Below, piece after piece: positions 43,513 through 52,696 of a DNA stretch of 64,000 bases. The notes beneath the pieces were generated by a model. The model searched no databases. It was given only the letters and a program-made list of their open reading frames with translations, and was not told where the DNA came from. The DNA is from Poseidonia sp. Its GTDB lineage: Archaea; Thermoplasmatota; Poseidoniia; Poseidoniales; Poseidoniaceae. A program made the position numbers and the translations under genes. Each line of letters begins with the position of its first letter. Position 1 is the first letter of the stretch. Location of the stretch: the NCBI GenBank assembly GCA_965661285.1, contig CBFIDD010000001.1:511395-575394 (forward strand), in the 5' to 3' direction.

Positions 43513-45138
43513 TTACGAGCCCACCGTTGATGCACGACGGCGCACAACGGAAACGTCGTCGTGGCCCGGTGGTGGGTCTTCCCAGTCCTGATCGCCGGGC
43601 AACACCAACTCGGCACCGAGGTTGACCAGTTCACTGGCTAAACGTCGCTGCTCCTCAACGAGGAGGTCCCATTCTTTCGTATCGTCCTTCCACACCTCCC
43701 ACCGCTGAAGGTTTCGCCATCCGCGAATAAATCGAGCGTAGAGTTTGAGATGGAGTTTCGCAGACACGGGCCACCAAAACAAAAACACGAGTAACACAGC
43801 CACCGACGGCAACTGAGTGATTTCAACCAGCAGCCAGTGTTTCAGAAGCAGTTCGTTGAGCGGGCTAGACGCACTGAGCAGCGACCACGTGATGAACATG
43901 GATGCCATGAACCACCAGAGCGGGAAAAACACCACCGCCGAGAAAACCTTCGCCGTACCGACCACCGAAGAATCCAGGGAACGGCGCTTGAGAAACCAAC
44001 TGAGGAGTCCGTTGACCTTGTAGGGAACGTAATTGCCCGCAATGGCACTCCACGTGACCAATCCGAACATCCAGACCAGCGCCCATATCCACTGTGCGAA
44101 ATATTTGGCGTAACCCGCAAGAGAGAGTTTCTCCGGGCGGGCATCCACATCAAACGGCGTGATGCCTCGTTGTTCGAGGGTGGAAAAATGCCGTCCGCAA
44201 TCATCGGCGAGGGTTTGGGTCTCCACGGGTTGCTCCCTCCCCATGTACTCCCACCCTGCCCGGAGGCGGCGAGCGGCAAGTACGGACTCGGCGTAGGTCG
44301 GTTTCACAAGGGTTTCACCAGAGAGGCGTTGCTTTTCAGCGTAAACCAGACTCCGTCCCTTCCAAATCATCGTTCGCTCTTTCCACGTCAAATTGGAGTG
44401 ATTGGCCCGTTCAAGCTCGACGGCAATTTGGTCGGTGACGGTCTTGACCCAAGCGCGGTCGAGGCGGTCTTGTTCCTCCTCATCATCTACGAGGGAGGGG
44501 GCCTCTGGCAGGGGCATCGTTCGCTCGATGACCACAGCTGCTCGTTCGCGAAACCGTTGAGATTCTGAGTAGTGCAGGCCGACGGGAACGAGACTGGGAG
44601 GGGGAAGTCCCTGCTCCCTTGCTCGCCTGAGCGCTGGTAGTAAGATACGAGCGGCCCCTGAGCGAACCGTTCGAACGCCCGAATCGGCGTGCGTCACGCC
44701 CTCAGGAAAAATCAAGACGCTGCCACCTTGGGCAAGAAGGGAAGAAAGCGATTGAAGGCGTTGAGTATTCCGGATTCGAGACGCATCAAGGTCCTTGGAA
44801 TCCGAAGGTCGTTCAATGGGCACCACGCTCGAGGCCTTCAGTAACCGCCCGAGCACCGGGATGCGAAACAAGGTGTGTTTGGCGACGGTGGTGAGTTGAC
44901 CGGGGAGCACCGACGTCATGAGCATCGGGTCGATCAGTCCACTTGGGTGCCACGTGATGTAGAGCCGGCCCCCTTCTTCGGGAAGGTTTTGGTCGTCAAC
45001 GATGTTGATCTCACGAAACCAAACGTTCGTCAAAAACCGATAGAACCGACGACATAAACGATAGGAGAGCGGAGGCTTTTGCAAGGTGATGATACCCTCT
45101 GCTTCACTCACCATGGCCCCACCTCGACGGCCTCGCAT
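43513..45138 (-). CDS. LPLAT-superfamily glycerolipid acyltransferase (PlsC/GPAT-like) with C-terminal membrane domain
   Basis: Acyltransferase blocks: WHPSGLID (H-x-D block I region), hydrophobic block II, LIFPEGVTHADSG (FPEG block III), then four predicted TM helices in the C-terminal 200 aa. Confidence 0.6.
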   Translation of the reverse strand: MRGRRGGAMVSEAEGIITLQKPPLSYRLCRRFYRFLTNVWFREINIVDDQNLPEEGGRLYITWHPSGLIDPMLMTSVLPGQLTTVAKHTLFRIPVLGRLLKASSVVPIERPSDSKDLDASRIRNTQRLQSLSSLLAQGGSVLIFPEGVTHADSGVRTVRSGAARILLPALRRAREQGLPPPSLVPVGLHYSESQRFRERAAVVIERTMPLPEAPSLVDDEEEQDRLDRAWVKTVTDQIAVELERANHSNLTWKERTMIWKGRSLVYAEKQRLSGETLVKPTYAESVLAARRLRAGWEYMGREQPVETQTLADDCGRHFSTLEQRGITPFDVDARPEKLSLAGYAKYFAQWIWALVWMFGLVTWSAIAGNYVPYKVNGLLSWFLKRRSLDSSVVGTAKVFSAVVFFPLWWFMASMFITWSLLSASSPLNELLLKHWLLVEITQLPSVAVLLVFLFWWPVSAKLHLKLYARFIRGWRNLQRWEVWKDDTKEWDLLVEEQRRLASELVNLGAELVLPGDQDWEDPPPGHDDVSVVRRRASTVGS

Positions 45139-45164
45139 TTAGAGAAAACGCCTGCGTTTCCCCA

Positions 45165-46382
45165 TCACTCCGAGGTTTCTGTCGTTTCTGGTGCCGGCGC
45201 AGACGGCGGCGGCGTGTTGGAACGGTCGGTGAGGCGCTTCCAACGCTGCGTGGCCCGGATGTACTTGAGCGGGTGGTCCATCCACGGTTGGTCACACGTT
45301 CGGTTATCGCCCGGTAAGACCGGACAGTTGTGGTTGACCTTGAGTTTTCCACATCCAGCAGGCGTGTATTCGTGCTGATAGACGTGCTGAACCTGATATG
45401 ATGTTGTCGCCTCGCTGAAATCGGGTGCGCCACGGAAGAAACTGACGCAGGATTCCTGCGGTAGCGCCAGCGTGGCGGACATCGACGCCAGGAACAATCG
45501 ACCAAAATGATTCACGTTGACGCCACCTGCCAAATCGGCGATGATCTTTTGCATGCACGGCGGCCAGTCGCTCTCTTCGGCTCCAACCAAAGCGATGGCT
45601 TCGCTGGCCTTGTTCGCCATCAGATTTCGCACCATGCCCACGGGTTCAGCGAGGCGAACGGCAAGGTCGGTGGTGACCTCGGCCATTTTTTCGAGGGCTT
45701 CGGCCTCAATCCCTGCTTTTATCCGCTCTCGGAGAAGGCGGGCAAGTTTGGCTGATGAAGCGTATTGGCGCTCACCGTGCAGTTTCACCCAGCCCTTTTC
45801 CACATCGACGTTGGGTAAGCGCCATCGAGTTCCGGTGATTTTCGGACAAATTTCGATGAAGTCGGCCAGCCCAACCCGCCATTCTGAAGAAGACGTTTGG
45901 CGAAGTTGTCGCATGCTCATACCAGCACTGGCAACGGACGAAGCGGGGCTTCCAAGCGTCTGTTCAACCTCGGAGAGGTAGGTGCGGGCTACGGCCGGAA
46001 GGTTAGCAGAATCTTGGATCAGGAGTTGTTCCGCTCGGGCCGCTTCGGCCTGAGCCCACCGTGCGATGAGGCGTTCGTCTTCGCTGGCACACATGACCAG
46101 CCTGGCGTAGTAAAACGAAAACGCTTCGATCAATCGGCCCTCTTCGGTGTGAATATCGCCGCCTACGACTTGAACGCCTTCTTTTGATTGCACGGAATCG
46201 ATCAAACGGATTCGCGCCCGCTGGCGGGCTTGTTCCATCCACGTGCCGTCAAGCAATTCGTTCAAGTCGATGCTGTGGCGAACAGCCATGTTGCGAATCC
46301 AGTCCGAGGCTTGAGGGAGGAACGGGTAACGCGCCAGCGTGACCTCATCCGCAAGCGGAGGCGGCGTGGTGGGCACGGGCAT
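45165..46382 (-). CDS. priL: DNA primase large subunit PriL (Fe-S domain)
   Basis: N-terminal ...LARYPFLPQASDWI, helical body, C-terminal Fe-S cluster region with ESDWPPCMQKII (PPC motif) and further Cys ligands. ATG at 46382 chosen; the longer ORF to 46517 adds a Pro-rich 45-aa leader and would overlap the divergent neighbour. Confidence 0.65.
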   Translation of the reverse strand: MPVPTTPPPLADEVTLARYPFLPQASDWIRNMAVRHSIDLNELLDGTWMEQARQRARIRLIDSVQSKEGVQVVGGDIHTEEGRLIEAFSFYYARLVMCASEDERLIARWAQAEAARAEQLLIQDSANLPAVARTYLSEVEQTLGSPASSVASAGMSMRQLRQTSSSEWRVGLADFIEICPKITGTRWRLPNVDVEKGWVKLHGERQYASSAKLARLLRERIKAGIEAEALEKMAEVTTDLAVRLAEPVGMVRNLMANKASEAIALVGAEESDWPPCMQKIIADLAGGVNVNHFGRLFLASMSATLALPQESCVSFFRGAPDFSEATTSYQVQHVYQHEYTPAGCGKLKVNHNCPVLPGDNRTCDQPWMDHPLKYIRATQRWKRLTDRSNTPPPSAPAPETTETSE

Positions 46383-46406
46383 GGTCGGAGGAGAAGGCCA
46401 CGGATT

Positions 46407-47198
46407 ATGAAGTTCAACCTTAGGGTCGCTTTCTTGACCTCGGCCACCTCCGATGACACCATGCGGCACCTGCCTGAGGACGCAGCGGTCGCCATCCAGC
46501 ACGACGTTCGCGCCCATTATGGCTGGTCATACGCCAGCGACCTGACCAGCGCTCAAGGACTACGTGAGACCTGCAATCACCATCCGATGGCCGAAGCCCT
46601 GGGTTGGTCGAAAGGTGCTCGGGAACGAACACTGGAGCGGTTGGCAACGCGTATCGCAGAAGCGGACCACGTGGTGTTGGTCGGAGCGGCCGTCTCGGTC
46701 AGCGACCTCGAGCACACCTGGCAGAAGAACACGGTCTTCATCGCGGCTGACGGGGCGGTTGGCGCTTGTTTTGACCGCGTGGAGGTGCTGTGCGTGGTGA
46801 CCGACCTCGACGGGGGAGAACACCTTGACGAAGCCGTTCGCCGAGGGATTCCACTCATCGTCCATGCACACGGCGACAACCAAGCTCTTTGGGAACGGCA
46901 CACCGAGGCGTGGGCGCAACGAGGTGGCGGGCCCCTGGTCTTGACGCATCAGACCGATGAGGCGTTTCCAGACATGCACAATGTCGGTGGTTTCACCGAC
47001 GGCGACCGTGCGGCATGTTTTCTGGTTGCCCTCGGCGTTTCGCCGGAACGCGTTCGCTTTGTCGGGTACGCCGTGGACCATGTTGGACCTTGGTCAGGCA
47101 CGACCGACCCGGTGCGAAAACTGGACAAATTGAAGTGGATGGAACGCGTTCTTGACCTGCTCAAGTTCAGGTGGCGAGACCATCCCGAGGCCTCGTAA
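46407..47198 (+). CDS. DUF115/MptE-like protein (6-hydroxymethylpterin diphosphokinase-like), tentative
   Basis: VVLVGAAVSVSDL...IAADGA...VLCVVTDLDGG...IPLIVHAHGDN resembles the MptE/DUF115 core as I recall it. ATG at 46407, 24 bp from the divergent PriL start. Confidence 0.4.
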   Translation: MKFNLRVAFLTSATSDDTMRHLPEDAAVAIQHDVRAHYGWSYASDLTSAQGLRETCNHHPMAEALGWSKGARERTLERLATRIAEADHVVLVGAAVSVSDLEHTWQKNTVFIAADGAVGACFDRVEVLCVVTDLDGGEHLDEAVRRGIPLIVHAHGDNQALWERHTEAWAQRGGGPLVLTHQTDEAFPDMHNVGGFTDGDRAACFLVALGVSPERVRFVGYAVDHVGPWSGTTDPVRKLDKLKWMERVLDLLKFRWRDHPEAS

Positions 47199-47250
47199 GG
47201 TGCAGTGAAAGGGAACATAATCCTTAGAAGAACCCGCAGGAGTGGAAACC

Positions 47251-47874
47251 ATGGAAAAGCGCCGTTCCGTGCAAAGCATTTTGCTTTGGGTGGTCGCGCT
47301 GGTGCTCATCAATACGCTGTGGTTGAATGTGGCGGACCAAACTGCGCCAAACGAAATCAACAACCCCAACCAGTTTCAAACCTACCGGGAAGTGGAAATA
47401 TCGCCCGTTTTTGGATCCTCTTCACCCATTCCAGCCGAATTGAGCACGGTGTTTGAAAGCAACAGCCTTGACAATGCCAACGTGAGTTTTTCCATCAAAA
47501 AAGACAACCAAAGCACGGTGTTCTCGTGGTCGGGAACGCTCACCGATGAGCCCCCTGTTTGGTCGGATGAACTCGCGCCTGGGCAGTACACCATCACCAC
47601 GCTGGTCGAGGAGGGCGTTGATGTCCAACAGCGCTTGAATCTCAAACCCCTCGCAGCCGTCCAGACGCTCGGTCATGTGGTCCTATCGATATTGTTGGTT
47701 GCACTTGCATGGGGAGAACAAGGCGTACGAGCGCTCTACGACCGACGAAAGAAATCCGAGACGGCCCAGCTTGCGGCGGAAAAGGCACCGTTCAAGACGA
47801 AAAAATTTGACACCAACGACGACCAGGTGATGTGGGATGAGTCGGATTCTCCATGGAGAGACCCCGTGCGTTGA
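47251..47874 (+). CDS. membrane-anchored protein (hypothetical) with acidic/Trp cytoplasmic tail
   Basis: ATG at 47251 (MEKRRSVQSILLWVVALVLI signal anchor), ~120-aa external domain, TM LGHVVLSILLVALAW, tail ending DDQVMWDESDSPWRDPVR. Confidence 0.5.
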   Translation: MEKRRSVQSILLWVVALVLINTLWLNVADQTAPNEINNPNQFQTYREVEISPVFGSSSPIPAELSTVFESNSLDNANVSFSIKKDNQSTVFSWSGTLTDEPPVWSDELAPGQYTITTLVEEGVDVQQRLNLKPLAAVQTLGHVVLSILLVALAWGEQGVRALYDRRKKSETAQLAAEKAPFKTKKFDTNDDQVMWDESDSPWRDPVR

Positions 47875-47875
47875 G

Positions 47876-50800
47876 TCACAAAAAGTCCGAGAGCGAGAGT
47901 TGTTTTGCACGGTCATTGTTGAACAGGGAATCAGCGCTTGAAGCCAGCCAGTCTGCGTTCTGTCGCGTGTACAAATCCACGCCGTAATGGTCCATAACAA
48001 ACGACATGACCTTGATGTATTTGCGTACGGCTCCCTCCGATACCGTCAGCGCAAGATTGCCGTTGCACAATCCACCCTCGGCTTTGGCAACGCCCATCCT
48101 TGAGAGCCCCCGCCCGGTTTCTTTCTTCGGCTGAATGCATTTTCCGGAGAGTGGCATTCGGCGATAGGAATGAGCGCATTTCAAACATCGGACCTTTTGC
48201 CGCCCATAAGCGTTCAAATTCCCGCGCAAATCCGGCAAAAAGTGCGAACGCACCACGCTTGAAGCCACCTGACGGACATTGACACCTCGAAGACGATGTC
48301 CGAGAGCGAGTTGCCCGTTCATTTTATCGATCATGGTTTCCAAGGTCTTGTAGGCAGAAAGGGCAGGACCCCGGTCGAGCGCGTGGCAGTCGTGGGTAAA
48401 TCCGTATCCACGAACCGCAGCGACACTGCCCAGCCGTCGTTCAACGAAATCCATCCGAGACTGGATGTCCTTCGGGTGCGGTTGTTGCAGGGTGGCTTCG
48501 TAGAAATCCCGCTCGTAAAACCACGCCGAATCGACGTTGAGGGCTTCTTTGTCGACCTCGGTGGGATTGAGTCTGGTGGTCAGCACCAGCGGGGCGTCCA
48601 TCTGGCCGCCGCGGTTTGCAGGTAAAATCTCACGACTAAAGTTCAACAGACCGTCCATCAAGAGCATGATGGCGTCTTCATCGCCGTCGCAGTTTCGTCG
48701 TTTTGCGGCGTGGAAGAGAGGGTGAGCGTAGCCGCCCGAACAATCCGCCCAACCGATGATTCGGGAGAGCACCCCGCCGCTGGTGTGCGGTGCAAGTGCG
48801 CACATGAGATGACCGATGAGGTCGTCGGGTTTGTCGGCGTTGTAGTAGGGTTCCATCTTGTAGTACCTCACCAATAATTCATCGATGTACTTCGCCGTCC
48901 GGAGCAGGAAATCAGCTGCTCCTTTGGCCACGATGAAGTCTTGGGGGAAAATTTCCAGCGTTTGTTCGTCGTCCTGCAAAGGCCGACCCCTGTAGTCGTG
49001 CGTGTAGCCCAACCCGTGAAGCGTTTTCCAAGGAACGCCTATTTCTCGGGGGCGGAAATGCGTAATGGGCACATCGCTCATGTCGTAGCGAACCGTCCCG
49101 TCCCGGAAGACGGGAAGTTGGTGTTTGGCCCGGAGGATGCCTTTTTCGATGGCCTCAGGCGTCTGGTCTCGGCTGTTCAGTTTCTTGGTGCACTTGACCT
49201 GAGCGGGCAGACGGTCGATGCCCAGACGAATACGGGCGTCTTCCACCATCTCGTCCATGCGAACGGATTGGACTTCGCCTCGGCGGTAGGCATTGGATTT
49301 GGATTCCTTGGCTTGTGTGCGCCCGCCACACGTCTCTCCCGCTTTCGACTCGCCGTGGGCGTCCAATGCGCGATGGTGACAGCGAAGGAACGGGGATTCG
49401 CGTTCGCAAACCGTGCACGTACGACGGCCCAATTGCACCCGAATCGTCCGCTTGTCAAGGGCGTTGTTCAGCAAGCGTTGATTTCCACCGTTCAGTTCGA
49501 TGGGGAACAACGAGTGGGTCATCGGATTCATGATTCGCGGGGCGGCCTTTTCGGGACGTCCCATTCGGCAGCCGACGCGAACGGGTGCGCTGTGTTCCCA
49601 GCGAAGGTCGGAAAGTTGCCGCACGAGAACCATGATGCCCTCAATGGCATGTTCGTCCTCCAAACGTTGAGCGGCGAGGTAAGCGGCAGGATCTTTGGGG
49701 CCCTCATCGGGAACAGAAGCTGCAGCATCGCGTCCCACGCGGTCGGTTTCGGCGATCCCCAGGCCGCGCTGTCGGGCGCCTGTTTCGGCAGCGATACGAA
49801 TTGTGGCGCGCTCCTTTTCCAGTTCGCCTTTACGAGCGCGCTCCTCATCGAGCACGTGCTTGGCACGACGCAGGGCTGCGAGGCGGTCGTTGGTGACCTT
49901 CGCGGCGTTCTTTTGTCGGACAGGCGTTGCACCTTCCGCCGAGAAACCGAGTCCCTCAAGCAAGGATTCCCAGCCCGAGGTCACCACGATATCTGAACCG
50001 TCGTGGTGGTGAGCAAGGCCGAGCAACATCATCGCACCCTTGACGAGCCCGTGTTGTTTCAAGGCCCACCATTCAGGCAGGTCCCGGGTCATGACCGGTT
50101 GCTCGAGGTCAAACGACGGCCCAGCATGAGATGCGGTGGCCTCATCCGGTCGCTCGGGTTGCAATTGGTCCATCATATCCGCGGACCAATCCTTGGCCCC
50201 GTTTGGTAGACGGAGTTGCCGTGTGCTTGGGGCGGGCTGCGCACCACTCGGCGCATCTGCGACGTCCATCGCCTCTATCTGTGCCCCTTCGACCACCTTG
50301 AGAACGGCGGGGAGCCATTCGATGGGGAGGTCCTTGAACCAGGGATTGTGAGGCGGGGGAAGGGAGGTCGCGAATCGCTTTGAGCACGCCACGGCTTGGG
50401 GCCAGGTCAACGCCAGCGAGCGGAGTTGTTCGTGCCATTCGCAACGAATCCAAAACTGCGTGTTGGGGTCCTCGCATTCCTCCGGGCGAAGACCGGGGGT
50501 GCCGTCAGGCCAGTCTCCTCGGTCGGCGTTCAAGGTCTCGAGGAAATAGCCCACATCAGCGTCGGTCGTGAGGCTGTCGAGCATGTCGCTGGCCCACCAG
50601 TCCATCGTGTAACCTGCGGGCACCAAGCGCTTGTTGTTCTCCATAAATTCTCCGTAGCCGATGACGAGCTCTCCGTTGTCCCATACCTGCTTGACGCGAT
50701 GGCGGAGTTCCGCGTAGGCGGCTGGGTCATCGACGCGCAGGAAACGCCCGTCCTCCAAGACCACCCAAGGACCCTCGGATTCGTCGCAGGGCGTGATGGC

Positions 50801-51973
50801 GCAGGCTTTCCCGGGTCGTTCAATCTTCATCTGCGTCCCAATGGTGATGAAATCGTCGAGGGCGAGCATCGATGCGGTGTTGGTCGATGCAGCAGCAAGG
50901 CCTGAGGGGCGAGCGCGCCCGTAGCGGAGGCGAAAACCACCGGGTTGCAGCGGCCCACCAAATACCGGCCGGCCGGCGATGATGTCCTTCATGAATTTGG
51001 TAATGGGGGGGATTTGTTGGCTCTTGAAGGTTGATTTGTCCGCGGTTTCCGACTCCTTTCCGCGGCTTGCAAACTTCGTGATGAAGTCCCAACCTGGCAG
51101 GTTCAACCGCTCGGTGTGCTTCTGGATTTTCGGTGCCTTCAAACACATGCCTTCACCGATGACTAAGAGGACGCCACCGCGAATCCGTGCCTCGTCGATG
51201 TTGCGCACGTTGCCGTATCCGGCACATTCGATTCGTTCGGTCGATTCACCGTTCACCATCACCGGGCATGCCCGAACAATCTCGTCAATTTCTTCTGGCG
51301 AAGGACGGTATTGGAGGTTCCCGCGATACAACCCGAATTCCTCCTTGACCCGCTCGACCTCAGGGTCGGTGGGCTGGTAATGTCCAATGTTCAATTCACG
51401 GCGAATCATGTCGGCGATGAGCACCGCCAGCGCTTGGGCGGTTCCACCCGCAGCACGGATGGGGCCCGCAAAGTGAACCGAGACAAATTGAGAACCGTCG
51501 ATGTTGTTGAGCAGTCGCACCTCGCTGATCCCTTCCAGCGGGGCGACAAGAACCGCCTCGGTCAAGACCGCCAATCCCACGCGAAGACCGACATCAATTG
51601 ATTTCTCGAGGTCGAAGCCCTGTTCGCGAAAACCGCGGGCGACCGACTGTGCGATGATGATGGACGTGGTCTCACGGTCGTGTTCGTCAAGCAAGGCCCG
51701 AATGTCATCTGCGACTTCGTAGCCTTCGAGGTGCTCGATGAGAAGTTTCTCCGTTCGGCCGGCGAGGTCTGAGGCCCGAGGAATCTCCACTCGGTCTTTG
51801 TGGTCAAGACCGAGTTGGCGAGCCTGCTCGGCGAGGCGGTAGGCGTCATCAGCGCGCTCATCGAGCCATTGGTGGTACGCCACCATCTCTCGGTCTAGAC
51901 GGTCCACGTCCACACCGATGAGGGGGTTGCTTTCCCCCACAACTGCGCCCTGGTCGGATTCGAACATGTTCAC
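47876..51973 (-). CDS. polC: DNA polymerase II (PolD) large subunit DP2
   Basis: 1365 aa, colinear with archaeal DP2 from the N-terminus (...RVEIPRASDLAGRTE..., ...YYAGPIR-type HFAGPIRAAGGTAQALAVLI...) to the C-terminal Cys zinc modules (CLKCAHSYRRMPLSGKC). No obvious intein-sized insertion. Confidence 0.9.
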   Translation of the reverse strand: MNMFESDQGAVVGESNPLIGVDVDRLDREMVAYHQWLDERADDAYRLAEQARQLGLDHKDRVEIPRASDLAGRTEKLLIEHLEGYEVADDIRALLDEHDRETTSIIIAQSVARGFREQGFDLEKSIDVGLRVGLAVLTEAVLVAPLEGISEVRLLNNIDGSQFVSVHFAGPIRAAGGTAQALAVLIADMIRRELNIGHYQPTDPEVERVKEEFGLYRGNLQYRPSPEEIDEIVRACPVMVNGESTERIECAGYGNVRNIDEARIRGGVLLVIGEGMCLKAPKIQKHTERLNLPGWDFITKFASRGKESETADKSTFKSQQIPPITKFMKDIIAGRPVFGGPLQPGGFRLRYGRARPSGLAAASTNTASMLALDDFITIGTQMKIERPGKACAITPCDESEGPWVVLEDGRFLRVDDPAAYAELRHRVKQVWDNGELVIGYGEFMENNKRLVPAGYTMDWWASDMLDSLTTDADVGYFLETLNADRGDWPDGTPGLRPEECEDPNTQFWIRCEWHEQLRSLALTWPQAVACSKRFATSLPPPHNPWFKDLPIEWLPAVLKVVEGAQIEAMDVADAPSGAQPAPSTRQLRLPNGAKDWSADMMDQLQPERPDEATASHAGPSFDLEQPVMTRDLPEWWALKQHGLVKGAMMLLGLAHHHDGSDIVVTSGWESLLEGLGFSAEGATPVRQKNAAKVTNDRLAALRRAKHVLDEERARKGELEKERATIRIAAETGARQRGLGIAETDRVGRDAAASVPDEGPKDPAAYLAAQRLEDEHAIEGIMVLVRQLSDLRWEHSAPVRVGCRMGRPEKAAPRIMNPMTHSLFPIELNGGNQRLLNNALDKRTIRVQLGRRTCTVCERESPFLRCHHRALDAHGESKAGETCGGRTQAKESKSNAYRRGEVQSVRMDEMVEDARIRLGIDRLPAQVKCTKKLNSRDQTPEAIEKGILRAKHQLPVFRDGTVRYDMSDVPITHFRPREIGVPWKTLHGLGYTHDYRGRPLQDDEQTLEIFPQDFIVAKGAADFLLRTAKYIDELLVRYYKMEPYYNADKPDDLIGHLMCALAPHTSGGVLSRIIGWADCSGGYAHPLFHAAKRRNCDGDEDAIMLLMDGLLNFSREILPANRGGQMDAPLVLTTRLNPTEVDKEALNVDSAWFYERDFYEATLQQPHPKDIQSRMDFVERRLGSVAAVRGYGFTHDCHALDRGPALSAYKTLETMIDKMNGQLALGHRLRGVNVRQVASSVVRSHFLPDLRGNLNAYGRQKVRCLKCAHSYRRMPLSGKCIQPKKETGRGLSRMGVAKAEGGLCNGNLALTVSEGAVRKYIKVMSFVMDHYGVDLYTRQNADWLASSADSLFNNDRAKQLSLSDFL

Positions 51974-52081
51974 TCATTCCCTCTTTCCCACGACCCTTTA
52001 TCATCAACACGGTTCGCTTGAATGAAACCATCCTGCCAACAGGACTCCAAAGGAAAGTTCATGTCATGACGGCCAAGAAAG

Positions 52082-52687
52082 GTGTTCATGGCCGTCCACG
52101 ATACCGTTCGAACACATCCCGACTGGCCAACCCTCGCCCGTCTGGTCCACGAGTTGGCGTTCCTCGACGGAGGCGACGACACGGCCTTCACCCTTGCGAG
52201 CGGTCGGCAATCTCGGTGGTTTTTCGACACCAAGCCCGTCATGATGCACCCGCAAGCGGCGAGCATCATGGGCCGCCTGCTCAACATCCGCATCAAGGCG
52301 CTGGGCGCCAACCTTGTGGGTGGTCTTGAGTTGGGCGCCGTACCGCTCACCGCCTTGGTGGTCGCCTCACCCGATGCCTCCGAGGAACTCCGCGGTTTCA
52401 TGGTCAGGAAATCGCCCAAAGGCCGAGGAGGACGGAAAACCAACAACCCCCCGGGCATTGAAGGCACGTCCCTCGAAGGCGGTGGCGATGTGGTCATCGT
52501 TGAGGATGTCACCACGACGGGTGGGTCCTCCATCGTCGCCGTGGAGCGAATTCACAATGACACCGACTGCAAGGTGGTCGCCGTCATCAGCATCCTTGAC
52601 CGCGAAGAAGGAGCCGAGCAAGCGTTCGCAGAAGCTGGGATTCCCTTCGAGTCCCTCTTGACACGCTCAGACATCGTCGCCCTTTGA
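52082..52687 (+). CDS. pyrE: orotate phosphoribosyltransferase-like type I PRTase
   Basis: PRPP-binding motif VVIVEDVTTTGGS; N-terminal FTLASGRQSRWFFD (the OPRT SG..S.Y.D pattern). GTG at 52082, ATG at 52088. Confidence 0.65.
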   Translation: MFMAVHDTVRTHPDWPTLARLVHELAFLDGGDDTAFTLASGRQSRWFFDTKPVMMHPQAASIMGRLLNIRIKALGANLVGGLELGAVPLTALVVASPDASEELRGFMVRKSPKGRGGRKTNNPPGIEGTSLEGGGDVVIVEDVTTTGGSSIVAVERIHNDTDCKVVAVISILDREEGAEQAFAEAGIPFESLLTRSDIVAL

Positions 52688-52696
52688 GGTGAAGTT

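Noticed and set aside
46188-46586. Long 5' extension of the MptE-like ORF (ORF track start 46188)
   Set aside because: It would run antisense through the N-terminal ~110 codons of PriL; the first non-overlapping ATG (46407) was used instead.
48941-49996. 351-aa plus-strand ORF
   Set aside because: Antisense within the PolD DP2 gene, which aligns end-to-end with known DP2.
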